From Hyphochytrium catenoides (Eukaryota; Protista; Hyphochytriomycota), in contig FLMG01001412.1 of NCBI GenBank assembly GCA_900088475.1, forward strand, positions 1 to 45,833: DNA of 45,833 nucleotides. Reading direction: 5' to 3'. Under the pieces are notes generated by a model. The model made no database searches and was not told the origin of the DNA. It saw nothing but the letters and a program-made list of their open reading frames with translations. Shown here piece after piece: positions 1 to 12,100 of the stretch; the first letter of the stretch is position 1, and every line of letters begins with the position of its first letter. Made by a program: the position numbers and the translations under genes.

Positions 1-207
1 GAATGTTTGTCTCTGTCGGAGAGTCATGAGTTGCCAAGTTTACAAGCTTGTCTCTGCCTTTATCGGCCTCTCTCCCTCTGTTTGTCCTCGACCTTCTGCT
101 CGCGCTCTCTTGCTCTTCAGCTCGTTCAGTGGTCTAGCCAGTCGTTGACTTCCTCTCTTCGGGTCGCTTACAGGCAAAACTTCTCTTCGCAGCGCCCTTA
201 CTTTCCC

Positions 208-253
208 TCACCTGTTTCAAAATCTGTGCGTCACCTGTTCCAAAATCTGTGCG
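208..253. repeat. 23-bp tandem duplication (tcacctgtt[t/c]caaaatctgtgcg x2)
   Basis: Copies at 208-230 and 231-253 differ by one base. Confidence 0.9.
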
Positions 254-474
254 TTCTCTCTATCTATAAGTTCTTCATACCTCTTGAACTCTTCTCTTGC
301 TACGCGAAAGCGCATCTGAGGGTAGGATACGACCTTTCCCGTCTCCTGGGCCCCTAGCAGCAGCCAGACCCTAAGGGGTTATGGACTTGCGATAGTATAC
401 GAGGAAGAAGAAAGTCCACAGAGGCAGACTGAGCTGAACAGAAGAGTGATAGTAGCGGCCACCAAACAAGCAAG

Positions 475-3400
475 ATGGCAAGAACAAGTCAGAGATATGG
501 CTTGGGCAGTAAACCACCTTCCAAAAGCTTCAGTAGGCTCCCAAGAAAGAAGCCAGCAGCCCATGACTTCTCTCCTTCTGAACCTGTACCAAGGTTAGGC
601 CAGAAGTCTAGCGCAATGTAGTCTAGTCCAGACAATCAGTAACTTCTTCTCCGTCATTTACCTATTACCTTCAGGGTAGCCCCAGCTCCTATCTCATCCG
701 GACTCTCCTTTCGCTCTCTCCCAGAGCCAAGCTTCAGACAGGTCAGACAGAACCCCGCTATAGTCTTGGGCGCAGGTGTAACTGTTCCATTGCAGATACG
801 GCGAGCCTGCCAGTTTTATGAAAAGAAATGTGCAGGCAACTATGAGGAGAGAACAAGTCCTGCTGCTGCCAGGTCAGTGGTCCTTCCGGGTGATCAAAAC
901 CACCGAAAAACCACCTCCTTTCGGGTCGGGTTACGCCCTGGGGTCCTCCTTCTCAAGCGTCACTCCTTTCTGACATCCCATGGCTCTTACTTCGGGCGCC
1001 GGTCGCCTACTTCTGACCTCCAGGTTTGCTGCCGCTCTCTCTGTACCTTCTGCTGCTAGATATGTCTTTGCTTTATCAAGAGAAGTGCAGTCCGTCTTAG
1101 ACAGAGTGGAAGCGAATGAAATCTCAATGAAGAAAAGGCTCAAGGAAATGGAGGTGTGTCTACCCTTAGGGCCATATACTCTGTCCTCGTGGGTCCGAGC
1201 TCCTTTCAGCCTTCACTCATGTTATGTTTCTTGCGCTTGCCTTTCTCTCGTTCTCATGCTTGCCTCTGCCTACAACTGTCTCTTCCTCTCTCTTATTAGA
1301 CCATTACCAAGGACTGGAACGACGCCTTTGGTCCCGACAGCAACTGTGGGGTAAGCATGGCAGCCCATCATTGATGGACCCTTTGGCCGAGTCACGCTGA
1401 ATGTTGGACGTGTCGCTCTAGGTCCAGCTGGGAATTGGATGCATTCCTGTGACACCTTCCTACTTAGCTGGCCTGCTAAAAGAGCTAAAGGCGAAGGTGG
1501 TGAAACAGCAGGAAGACCTGGATAAAGTTAATAGAAAGCGAGGTGGGGCCCGAAGCCATTGCCATGTATAAAGATACCTGCTCACTGTTTATACCTACTT
1601 CTCTAAATAATGCTCCAGAGGAGGAGGCTGAGCGTTTTCAGCGGTCTGCCTTTGATCTTCGCTCTGAGCTCGAGTTCAAGCAAAACAAGCAGCTCCAAGG
1701 ACTGAAGGTTGGCTACAGCAGGCACCTTTAACTCAAGGTTCAATTGGAGTCAGGACCATTAACTCTCTCTCTTTTTCTAGGATGAGTATGAAGCCAAGTT
1801 GCGCGAGGAGGAGACTAAGTATGTGTCCAAGATGCTCGAGCTTAACGAAAAGCACAAAAGACAGTGCAAGGAGTTCGCCAAGGAGAAGGTTCGGCTCGTT
1901 CACTCTATCAATCACTTCTTGGATCATCCTCTTTTGCAAGCCGGCCGTTCTCTACTATGTTGGTTTTGTTTCGGCTTTTTGCGGCTTGCTCTCCTTGGTG
2001 GCTTGAGGTTCTGGCTTTCCTGGTGCTTGTGTAACACCGTGTCTCTCTCTACATGTACTGATCATGTCCAACGTGAATGTGCCATCGGGATATGCTTTCT
2101 AAAGTCTATCTCTTGAACAGGAGAATGAACTTAAAGAGGTCATGGATGACTATGAAGAGCAGCTGCGCTTAATAGAACTTAAGACAGCGAAGCAAGAGGC
2201 TAGCGAGAAGATGAATAGTGTAAGCAATAGCTTTGACAGTACGCAATACATTATCTTTCCTCTACCTAGACACATTCTCCCTTCAACAACCATCTTTTGC
2301 TCTCTCTCTCTTTCTATTCCTCTATTGGCTTTTAGTCAAGCTTTTACGTAGTTTAAAGTGTGGGTCTGACGGGAACGTCCCTAGGTTGCTCCTCCGGTCA
2401 TGAAGGACAAAGCTACCCAGGTCACTGGTCGCAGGCGATCTATACCCAGGCAGACGGACACCCAGACAGGAGGCCCATTGCCAAGGTAAGGAGGCAGAGC
2501 CACCTCTTTCTATAGTCGGACGGGTGCCTGCTGTCTAAGCTGTTGACATCCAACTTCTCCTTTGTGTTCACATGGTATCAATTCTAGAGAAAGTCCTCGT
2601 GAAGGCCATACGACCACCCGCGATGCTAGTTCCTTTGCAGGGAAGATAGACAATGCTTCAAGGTCAGAGGTTTGAAGTCGTCTCTAGGTCAAAGCGTACA
2701 CAATGTCTCACCTGTTTTTTATCAACCTTCTCGGGATAACGCAGAGAGGAAACCGCTTCGCTCTCATCCAGACCATCAAGACGTTTTGCAGGTCCACAAC
2801 CGAGCCTTAGTGGGCGTTCATTTCAGTCTTCTTCGACGCAGCATCTCCATGGCGGTGACAATCAGCGGAACGATCCTCAAGAAGTCAGCAGCTTCTACTC
2901 TTTGGGAAGTATCAGTCAACCCCGAGCTATTCAAAGCGACGATAGAGCAGAGTCTCGACCAGCCCTGACGAAAGTAGTGGAGAAAGAGGCGCAGGAAGAA
3001 GACGAGGAAGATGATCTCTTAGGTTCCCCAACTCGGCGGTTTGAGGACGACAGCGAAGATTCCCTTTTGGAGAGCGAAGGTCTCTATGATGGCACTGAAG
3101 TCACTATAGCGCCTGAGCCACGATCGAGGAAGGAAGCCAACCTACAGGAGGAGGTGAACGCGTTGAAGGTGATACTGTCCATTACGGTCACCTTCTGAAG
3201 ATGTCACATCTAATTCTGTGGGCCCTGCGTTTTTGCTCTCACCAAGGATAAGATGGAGGCAGCTCAGATCGAAAAAGACTCAATTTACCAAGAAAATCTA
3301 TGGCTCAGATACAAGGTTGGCGGTAAGCGAGGGATAATTAACTTGATAGGCGGGGAGAAACCCCACTGAACTCTATTCTGGACAGAGCTCGAGAAGATTA

Positions 3401-3651
3401 TTTCTCTGCTTCAAGCGCATCTTCACCCGTCAGGGAGCCCAGGCGTTGACGTCCACAACGAAGGTAAGGGGATCTACGAGGCTGACCTCTCTCTGACCCT
3501 AACTTTCCCTCAAATCTCTCCAGCAACGAGCGAGCATAAACCAGCCCGCAAAGCCTCGCGATCTCAACCGCTGAACTTTGAAACGAGCTGGAATAGGCCA
3601 CATATGACACCTGAGGCCAAGGCGTGGCGCGAGTCCTTACGCCCACAATAA
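475..3651 (+). CDS. Multi-exon coiled-coil hypothetical protein
   Basis: Manual GT-AG splicing keeps frame from MARTSQRYGLGSKPP (ATG 475) through FAAALSVPS..EISMKKRLKEME, DEYEAKLREEETKYVSKMLELNEKHKRQCKEFAKEK, EVMDDYEEQLRLIELK and NLQEEVNALK to ..WRESLRPQ-TAA (3649-3651). E/K/L-rich heptad-like composition. Start and some middle junctions are uncertain. Confidence 0.6.
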
Positions 3652-3699
3652 TGGGTCGTCATACAACTCTGTGATATTAGGTCTCTCATCCCTTTCCTA

Positions 3700-5480
3700 C
3701 GCGCGCGATCCAAACATCCCTTCAACATCAGTATATAGAATCTGCGAACAGAAGAGGAAGAGCTGTGCTATCATCGCGTAGCACGGTTCATCATCTGCTG
3801 TGGGCTGAAAGTAGCGGGCGCTCAAGGCACCCAGGAAAAAATTGGTGGCAAATAAGTTATGAGTCAGCACGGCGCACTCAGTAGAACCTGTTTCAAGGCA
3901 CCAAAATCATCAATCGTCAGTGGCAGCAGGAAGTTGAGCTTCAAGGGCAATAGATCTCCTACCTTCATGGTGGGCCGAGCTTCCCTCGGTCGAACTGAGC
4001 TCCATCCTCCGCTGTCGGTCCATTTCGGCCTGCATCTGAGTGGATACACGGCACAATTGACTTCTGCAAGAGTCAGAGCTTGTACCCAGGAAAACTGAGG
4101 CATAGACAATATTCCGTATTGAAGCTGCGAGATCATATATTAGAATGACTAAATAGCACGTATTCTAGATAAAATGGCAGAATGCATAACTGGTCAAGCG
4201 CTTCATCAGCGCGAGATGAGCGGCGGAAGATGCGATGTCCAGTTATACTGAAGAAGGAAACTACTAGTTAATAATCCCATTATTGAGGAGAGGAGAGGTG
4301 TCGTCTGCAAGACCTCCTAATAGATGCCGCTCCGCCTCGCTGACTTTGGGTGGGTCTATTCCTTCTTCTTCAGAGCTATTTGCTGGAGGAGGTTGATCGC
4401 TAGGAATAGGTCAGCTGCTGGCTTGAGCCAACCTCCTCCAGTGAAGGAAAGGAGGGCTAGGCATCAGCCTGGTGGGATCCTACCCACTGACCTCAAGTCT
4501 TTTCAGTCTTCTTCTCCTGTTGGTGGGTCCCCCATAATCTTCATGGTGTAGTGCAATAACGCCATAATGAGCTCGAATACGTTTAAGTACTACAAAGCCT
4601 AAGTATGTAAAGCTATGGACTTGACATGCAAGAGAGAAAGCAGAGGTATGTATGCTCTAACTAATAGAGCGATCCGGGATTGATAGAAGGTCATCAAGAA
4701 CTCACCTAGAAGGGAGGATGAGCTGTTTTTCTATAAAGAATAAACCAGCAATAACTTGGACGTAGAGCGGAAGGAATAGGACGAGAAAGGACGTAAACAA
4801 AAAGAGTGCCCAGCCATAGAGAACCTAAAGAAAGAGTTCTCAACCCTCTTCACTTCAAAAGCAGCTGGGTGAAGCTGGAGCCGCAGATTGCGAGTTCGGA
4901 GGAGGAGGATGGACCCAAATAAAAAAGCACATCTCCGGTAAGCTCGAAGAAGCCTATCTTGAGAAAGCTGGAGTTAAACACTAGAACCGGCTCCTGAGCA
5001 ATATATGCTGGCGCGCCTAGGTCGCACCAACTTGAGGATTGTCCGCTGCATGCTTTGAGACGCCAGCCTACAACGAGTCATCTACTGGTGGTGGTGGGCT
5101 GACCAACTACAGCCATCAAAGCAAAGGCGGGGAGGAAGACATCTTGGAAGGTGCAGAATGGCGTGAGAAGGTGCATCATCTGTACATCGCCCGCTCTATC
5201 CTCTCTGCACTGCACTGCCCTGCCCTGCCCTGCCCTGCGCCAGATAGCCAGTACACCTCTGTCTGCATGATGAACGGGAGGAGGAGAAGGTACGACGCGG
5301 CGGGCAAGGCCTGCTCATCGATCTCACTAACTGCTCACTCCAAAAAGGTGGTTACAAAATGGAAACCTTTCAAACGGTAGCTGACGAAGCTTTCAATGGA
5401 CTTACTGTCTGAATTTTCTCAACTGAATCTTTCACTGACGATGCTTGTATCTTTCCGGTGCTTCGCATCTGCATGTCGCT
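3700..5480 (-). CDS. Possible multi-exon gene(s), probably including a multi-pass membrane protein
   Basis: Minus-strand open segments flanked by GT/AG: MMHLLTPFCTFQDVFLPAFALMAVV, FLKIGFFELTGDVLFLFGSILLLR and VLYGWALFLFTSFLVLFLPLYVQVIAGLFFIEK. I could not assemble one consistent full frame. Confidence 0.3.
5206..5238. repeat. Pentanucleotide microsatellite (ctgca/ctgcc)n
   Basis: ctgca ctgca ctgcc ctgcc ctgcc ctgcc ctg is visible directly. Confidence 0.85.
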
Positions 5481-5977
5481 CATCATCTCCGTCACCTCTG
5501 GGCCTTCCACCTCCACCATCTCGTCTTCAGCCTTCTCTTGCTCCGTTTCCCTACTTGCAGGTCTAGCTCTCCTCTTCTTTTTTCTCATCCTCTTCCTCCG
5601 TCTCGTCTCGCTGCTCTCTCCCTCTCTTGCCTCCCCCTGTCTCTCCTTTGCTTCCAAACTTTGGCTTCGTCTGTTCTCTAATCCATTCTCTTGCCTTACT
5701 TGACCTAAGCCCAAAGTCCCAGCCAACCACTTTATTCTTGTATGATTTTGGGCGCTTTGGCTCCAGCTTTAGACAGCTTTAGCCAGCTTCACGCACATCC
5801 TATCGTGTAAGCTGGCCAGTAAACCTGATGTTATGATGTCAAGCTCCGTCTAGAGTAAGCTCAAAATTTCCAGTCAGCTGGCCAGCAGTGCAGGGCCCCA
5901 TAGTGCTGACGCAAAGCACGCCAGTTACCACTCTTCGATCTGCTCACCTTAAAGAATAGGATCCGGAACACCGCACC

Positions 5978-7502
5978 ATGACGAACAACAGAGGTACCAG
6001 GGTCAGTTTAGATCTCGGGCCCAAGAACCGAAGCTTCAAGGATATCCTCCTTGGCTATGATAACTCCAGCGTCCCCAATGCCGATAAAGGTCCGATTGCC
6101 TTGTGCGGCTGGCTATGGAAAATGAAGCGGAACGGGAAGATGGTAATAAGAACTTCGGCCTCCTCCTCTCAGCCTCGATTCTCTGTTGCTAAGGCCTGAG
6201 ACTCTCTTCTAGTTCCTGCCAGGCATGAACCGTCGCTGGTTTAGCGTGGAGGGCAGTGAGCTCAAGTACTATAACTCCAACAAATCAACAGAGCCCTCAG
6301 GTACTATCAGCCTGCTGAGCATCACGTCGATCAGGAAGTTTGCAGACAAGAACTCGGACTCCAAGCTCTTCAAGTCAGTAGCAGAACCTTTACCTCCTGG
6401 TTGACGGTGAAATCGATGCTGATCCACATTCAAATGGTTCTCTTTGTCCACTCTCCTGCAGCTTTGTCATCCAGTCAGAATCCCGTAGCTTCTTCCTCAG
6501 TGCAGAGACAGAGAGCGACATGAATCGATGGGTCAAAGGTCTGCGCCTGCAACAGGAACTATGGCAAAAGAAGCTCGATAAGAACGCAAAAAGTGACCAA
6601 AAGAGCGGCGCCCATAAGGCTAAGACGAAATCCCATGGAGCCACTCAGAAGAAGGAAACTAAGCAAAGGTCTCCGAGGTATGGTACCAAGATTGAAGTGT
6701 GTTGCAAGGGAGAGCCAGAGCCAGAGCATACGAGAGAAAGGGTTCACAATGACTTCTATCAGTATGCATACTGGATTAAGGGAGGATGTGGCTGACTGGT
6801 GGCACGAAAATGACTGAGTGTTGCTAAGCAGCTCCTTGGACACGTGGCGGGACTTTGACGCAGCGATGGAAGATATGGACAAGGCTGTAGGGAGCCGTTC
6901 AGGTACGCAGCAGCTACTGTGATATCTCTCTTGAGGCTTTCTCCAGGAAGTCCCCTCATTCTGTCTCCCTAAACGTGTATGCTGTGCTAATATTTTATCC
7001 TTTGTGGTATCATGAACAGACTCGGAAGACGAAGATAAACATCGCTCGCATCGAAACAACAGGGATAAAGAATGTAGCCCTAAGAATGACGGCAGTGGCT
7101 TTAGGAGGAGGAAGGAGCGAGCTCGTGATGAATGGAGTGATAGTGAAAGCGAGCAGTCAGCCTCCTCTCAAGAAGAGGACCAACACCAAGAACAGGTAGC
7201 TACATAGACTGACATCGGCCTCCAACGCGTGATGTCACACCTCGGAACCGTTGGCATCTATGTAGAGACGTGATCGGAGACCGCGGGAAGCTAATGGAAG
7301 ACGTCACAAACCACGTGCCAGACTACAAAGACCAAGAAGCCGCTCAGGAACTGGACGAGACCAGAAGGAGAGCGCGACAAATACATCATTACGCTCCCGA
7401 AGAGAAGGGGCATCGCCTTCTAGAAGGCAGGGAGCTGAACATAACGATAAGGATGGGCTAATCGTAGAAGACGCAGATGATTTCACCTTTTCGGAGGACT
7501 AG
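5978..7502 (+). CDS. PH-domain protein with a charged, disordered C-terminus
   Basis: Spliced: LCGWLWKMKRNGKM|FLPGMNRRWFSVEGSELKYYNS..PSGTISLLSITSI..|FVIQSESRSFFLSAETESDMNRWVKGL. This has the canonical PH pattern (GWLxK, RRWF, LxYY, C-terminal helix Trp). Later exons stay in frame to TAG at 7500-7502. Confidence 0.85.
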
Positions 7503-8227
7503 TATAATGGATCATTCTCTTGTCTTTAAGACTGAAGAATACACTTGACGTTAGTTCTGTGGCTGTTTTAATGTGCTGTTGAAACCTCGGAACCATTGAC
7601 TGGCCTGTCGTAAGAGGAACAGGCCGGCGGGTGTGCGTCACATATAGACAATTGCTATTGCCTTCATGGAATTTAAAAGCTGAGGTGAGTTCAGCAGTTC
7701 TTAGACAAAGACAAGATGCTAGACGGCTGCTTCTTATGAAAGGAACCCTGTTGCTTACATCATCATGGAACCCATGGGACCATAGTAAGGAGGATGCAGG
7801 ATCCTTCAAGCTATGCGGACAAGCGTTCAAAGCTTTTTGCTCTGAGCCATCTTCTCTCTGAGTCGGACCTGTTACTGACTTCATCGGCAGCCTGGGTTGG
7901 TTGTTCCCGTCAAGAGCCAAAGATAGTGAAAGAATCGCGAGGACTATTATGAAAAGCTCCGGTAGGAGTCCTGACCAAACATCGTCAGCGCTCATTAACA
8001 GTGATGGCCGCTGCGGTTCTTGCGGGTTTTTTCTCCGCCTGCTGTCTTTTTACTGGGCGATGGATGCAAGGAACCCTTGCCCCCTGTGATAGAACCTTCT
8101 TCACTAGTCGCACCACTCAAACCGCAACAAGAATTGAGCCCTCCATCTTCAAGGTATTAAGCATCATGCGATAGCCCTGACCCCATGTTGCGCCTCACGG
8201 CTTTAGCTCCCTTTAAAAGTCTCCACT

Positions 8228-8828
8228 TTAAGGAGACTCAGGGCCAGTAGTAGAAGGAAGTTTAACTGGTACATCATAACACTCTGCCATATCCTCTCTT
8301 GACAGCAGCAGACAGACACCATCAATCATCTTCCAACCTTCTTCGCTTCTCTTCCTACTGTCCATCACCTCGCTGCTGGAGAGGATCTTCTTCCAGCCTT
8401 CTTCCGCGCTCCTCCGCAAGCATCATCGGGCCCAGACCTGACCTCAAACAGCTCCTCAAACTTCTCTCTCCCGAGTCGTTACGATACAACGCCGTCAGCT
8501 AGCCGCTAACCCCCAACCATATCTATAGCCGTTACCGCCAAGAATAAAGGGCGGTTAGCGGCTAGTCTATGGCTATGTAACGTGTGTATATGTCTCGAGG
8601 AGCAGGGAAGAGGTGGCCCCGATCTGAGCTTCAGGAGCAGAGGCGGATGAACAGACGCGGGCGGGCTGCTGGAGGTGGAGACAGAGAGGACAGAGGAGAA
8701 AAGAGTAGCACGGACGACGCTGCTTGGGGGCTCGACCTCCTGATAGTTTGATGATGGTGATGCCTCCACCCATGAGGAAGGAGGCAGGTCTGAAGAAGAA
8801 GAATGATTAACGCCAAGGACGGTGACAT
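8228..8828 (-). CDS. Possible small secreted protein (unresolved)
   Basis: Signal-peptide-like start MSPSLALIILLLQTC and a downstream ORF with an internal imperfect repeat (RRSAEEGWKKI / RKRSEEGWKMI). The exon chain was not resolved. Confidence 0.2.
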
Positions 8829-9105
8829 TAGCAGCTTGTTAGCTGGTCAGCCAGGGAGCTCCAGTTGAATCAAGAGCCCCTCGAGTCATGAATAGACACT
8901 GCAAAGAGTGAGCTACACTTGGATACCTTGTGATTAGTATGAAAGTTGTCTGCTTTAACTTGGCGCCCCCTAAGCTAAGGCAAGTTGATAACTCACGGAG
9001 GTGACATCAAGCACTAAAAGTGGCACAATCTAGGGTTTACTTAGAGAGACGACTGAGGAGAAAGGCTATTGCTCTCAGGATCACCAAAAGTACAGAGTAG
9101 GGAAG

Positions 9106-12100
9106 ATGCTCCCAAAGTTTTTTATACTACTGGTCCTCTGCTCGCTCTGGCGACAAGGAGTAGGTGCTATGAGTTCTGAGGCCATAGACCTTGTTCCGGT
9201 CACAGCCTCAGCGATCCGGCTTAGACTTGAGCTTACCCTTGATACGCCCCTAGCGATGGGAGAGGCACTCACCCTCTCGCTCCCAGCTGAGCTGACATGG
9301 AATACTCCGCTCACGCTCTCGGTTCTCTCTAGTTTGCCTGCTGGCTCCACTGCTAGTGCTTCTGGGCAGGACGCCGTTATCACCGTGGGAGCAGGAGGCT
9401 GTCCATCTGGTGCCCTCATCGCTCTTACTTTGGAGACTCTGTCCATAGATCCCTCAACCAACCCTCCTACTCTGTCGTTCTCTCTCTCTACACCGTATGA
9501 GTTTGGTTCTCCTTCCATCAGAACGTTCCAGTTGTTCCAGGCAGAAGTAGCCTCCACCGTCTATGGGACAGCAGAAGAGGCCATCCTGACTGTCTCCTTT
9601 ACCACATTGGTGGAGAGCTGGGGTGACTTTGAGATCTTACTGGCCTCTAGTTCTCTCTCTGTGCCTTCAAGCCTCTCGCTTATCGCCAGCACTGGCTTCG
9701 ATGTTTTTACATCGGCCATCACCTGGGGAGCTGCAGGGGGAGACTTAGTCGTCCAAGTGGCTCCGTCAGCCATGGTGCCTCCTGGCTTTGTCTCTTTCAC
9801 GGTTAGTAGAAGCTATAGCCTGTGTGCGATGCGGTGGCTCAGCCTTGTCACCAACAGTCCTTTTCATTGTATCTTTGGTCCTGTCAACAAGCTCTTATTG
9901 GTGGCACTCTTCTGGCATTTGTCTTGTATTACTTCATACATATAATATGGCCACGTACCTATTGACCCTCCTTCATTTTATCTCCTTTTCTCTTGATCAC
10001 TCTTAGTTTTCCGGCGTCCAGAATCCAGCTGGAGCAGGCACCACGGGGGCCATCACGGTCCGAAGCAGGACTTTTATCTTTGGAGATACTGTGCAAGGGT
10101 CCACCCTACCAGGTCTCACCTATTGGTCCCCGAAAAGAGCGCTGGATGCAGAGATTCTCCTCTCTCCCTACTCACCGGAAGTGGCGGCGACACTTGCCGT
10201 ACAGCTGCGGAATGACGAAGAGTCACCGTCATGGCAGTACATCAAACTCACGTTTTACGCTGGTAACAACACTGTTCCTAGACCTTCCCTTCCCTCAAGT
10301 TGTCTATTATGTGCCAACTGACTAGGGCCTTTCTGCTGGTTTGCTAGTGGTCAAGGATCCTTGGACTCTTTCCTCTTCTCGTCGGTCCGTTCCTAATTCT
10401 GGTCTTACCAACACCCTACCATATAGCTGTCACCTGCAGTGTCTCCCTTGTCAACTGCTGCACTGCTGTTTTCTCTCTCTCTCTTCAATGCGACTGGCCA
10501 TGATGATGTTTGTCCGTCTTATGTTGCCTCAAGACTTCCCAGTCTCTGTGCTAACAGTCACTATTCCTCTACTCCAACGTTCAGATGCTTGGATAGTCAG
10601 CAGCATCAGTGTCTCGAGCACTTCAGGCTTCTCTGCCGTGAGCTTGACCACCTCCTCTCTCTACAGTGACAGCAATAGTCTCTCGGTGTTTGATGTCGTG
10701 ATTGAAGCATTCTTTCCTGCTTTCCCGACGGATTCCCTTCTCTCTTTCACCGTAAGAAGACTAATGATTGATGCCTGTCATCATCCACACTCTTTTTTGC
10801 GCTAGGTGACTTGCCACCATACTCTTTGGCCCTCTTTATCCCCTGAGAGCTCTCTTTCTTCTTACTTTTATGAGCCTCAGCATCCTTCTTTTCCTGTGCT
10901 TTCTTTTCCTGCTACTGAGTTATCCTTGGCATTGAGAAATAGACGCTGCTTTTGTTCTTGTCCAGTCTCGAGATACAAAGCGTTGCCATAACCATTCCTC
11001 GTCTGACTCCACCTACCCGCAACAGCTGGAAGGCGTGGACTATCCCCCCGTCACCATTGCCCCATCTACCACCTTCACCCTCTCTCTCCTGGACTCTCAG
11101 TCCAATACGCTTTCATCCCGCGGGCTGACAGGCAGTTTTCCTTATACTGCCAGCATCGACGAGCTCTATGCCTTCATGGTGAATCCGCAGGGAGGCAGGA
11201 CTGGAACTCTGGCTTTTAATCTAACAACGGGCGTGGACTATCCAGTTGGGAGCACTATCACCGTCATCCTCCCTCCACTCTTCTCTCTGGGAGCCACTCC
11301 TATAGTGGCCTACCACCGGCATATTTCTGCACTGACATCCATATCGTCAGTAGACCAGCTGAGAAGGTCCGTCACAATGACGGTGAAAGAGACCACAGGT
11401 GACGCAACATGTCTATCGTTTCCTTAGGTCCAGGCTTCCACTTCCTGGTCTAACCTTGTCCTCTCCACCTTTCCCTCCTTGGGATGTTGCCTCAGACCCC
11501 CACTTACTGAGTGTTTTTGACCATCAGGCGTTTTCCCTCCGCCGCCTCTCGTCGCTCGGCCTAGTAGATTCCGCTCATTTTGAACACCTTCTCTCTTGTC
11601 CCTCGTTGCATCGCTCCTGCCATTGTCCTATCAGTGACAGCGGGGAAGGATCGGTTCTTCGCAATGAACCTTGTGACGCCGCCCGGGACCTCTTGCGATG
11701 AGGAAGACGTTGACATTTGTGGTCAGAGGACAGACCCCTTTCTGGTGATGGTTAGGTAAGCTACCGGCTTGGCCAGTCATATTGCTCTCAGTACTCTCTG
11801 TTCCTGTCTTTTGTGTCTCCTCTCTCTATCACGTTTCCCCTTCCATGTTTCCTTCGTTACATCGTCCATCCAGTTTGTTCTCGGTCTCATCGCCACTTTT
11901 GCCATTGCTCCGGTCTAGGTCGCCTTCTACTGTCATCGATGTGATCTCAGTGCCTGGGGTTCGGCTCATCAAGAGCCCCTTACCTCCGGACACTTACGTT
12001 AGTCTTTCGGATACTCGGCCGCTGCAGCCTTCAATAGCAACAGTGGTAGGCTTCTTCCTGTGGGACTGATACCATTTAACTATCCTGAATGATTGGTCTT

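Noticed and set aside
4490-4510. Apparent in-frame TGA suggesting stop-codon reassignment or selenocysteine
   Set aside because: The gene model here is unresolved and the TGA can be a normal stop. Conserved genes (DnaJ, Rieske, RPL26, DHHC) use TGG for Trp and have no internal stops.
5370-5726. Minus-strand R/K/E-rich ORF resembling an NLS protein
   Set aside because: It is largely explained by translating the complement of a CT-rich tract, and it has no ATG start.
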